A stretch of DNA of 64,000 nt from Octopus bimaculoides (lineage: Eukaryota): assembly GCF_001194135.2 (NCBI RefSeq), contig NC_069000.1, positions 44,819,916 to 44,883,915 on the forward strand, in the 5' to 3' direction. Shown here piece after piece: positions 63,956 through 64,000 of the stretch. The position numbers and the translations under genes are program-made. The stretch's first letter is position 1, and each line of letters starts with the position of its first letter. A model generated the notes under the pieces. The model saw nothing but the letters and a program-made list of their open reading frames with translations, was not told the origin of the DNA and made no database searches.

Positions 63956-64000
63956 ATTAGGTCTGTCCATCGTGTTTTTGAAGATGACCAGGTTTATCAG

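Overview
AT-rich, microsatellite- and SINE-dense animal genomic DNA with nine N-gaps. The repeat families suggest an octopus or other coleoid cephalopod (inference from recalled repeat families, not a database match). Three spliced protein-coding genes were reconstructed by hand from GT-AG boundaries and reading-frame continuity. (1) The last five exons of an unidentified type I membrane protein on + (977-5684): Pro/Thr/Ser stalk, Ile-rich TM helix, 22-nt microexon and short cytoplasmic tail. (2) A complete 31-exon Nodal modulator (NOMO) gene on - (53417-17873; 3609 nt, 1202 aa). (3) The last ten exons of TMEM209 on - (63564-56639), ending about 3.2 kb upstream of the NOMO ATG. Most long ORFs in the supplied track are artefacts of N-gaps and microsatellites. 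Introns hold tRNA-derived SINEs, a (GAT)n-tailed modular retroposon, and mariner-, piggyBac- and hAT-like MITEs or relics. The most notable unexplained structure is a set of near-perfect intronic inverted repeats: foldback retroposon tails, a 52-bp perfect palindrome and several pre-miRNA-sized hairpins. A 69-bp tandem array also lies between TMEM209 and NOMO. No CRISPR, rRNA or true tRNA genes were found, and I see no evidence for a new multi-gene system.
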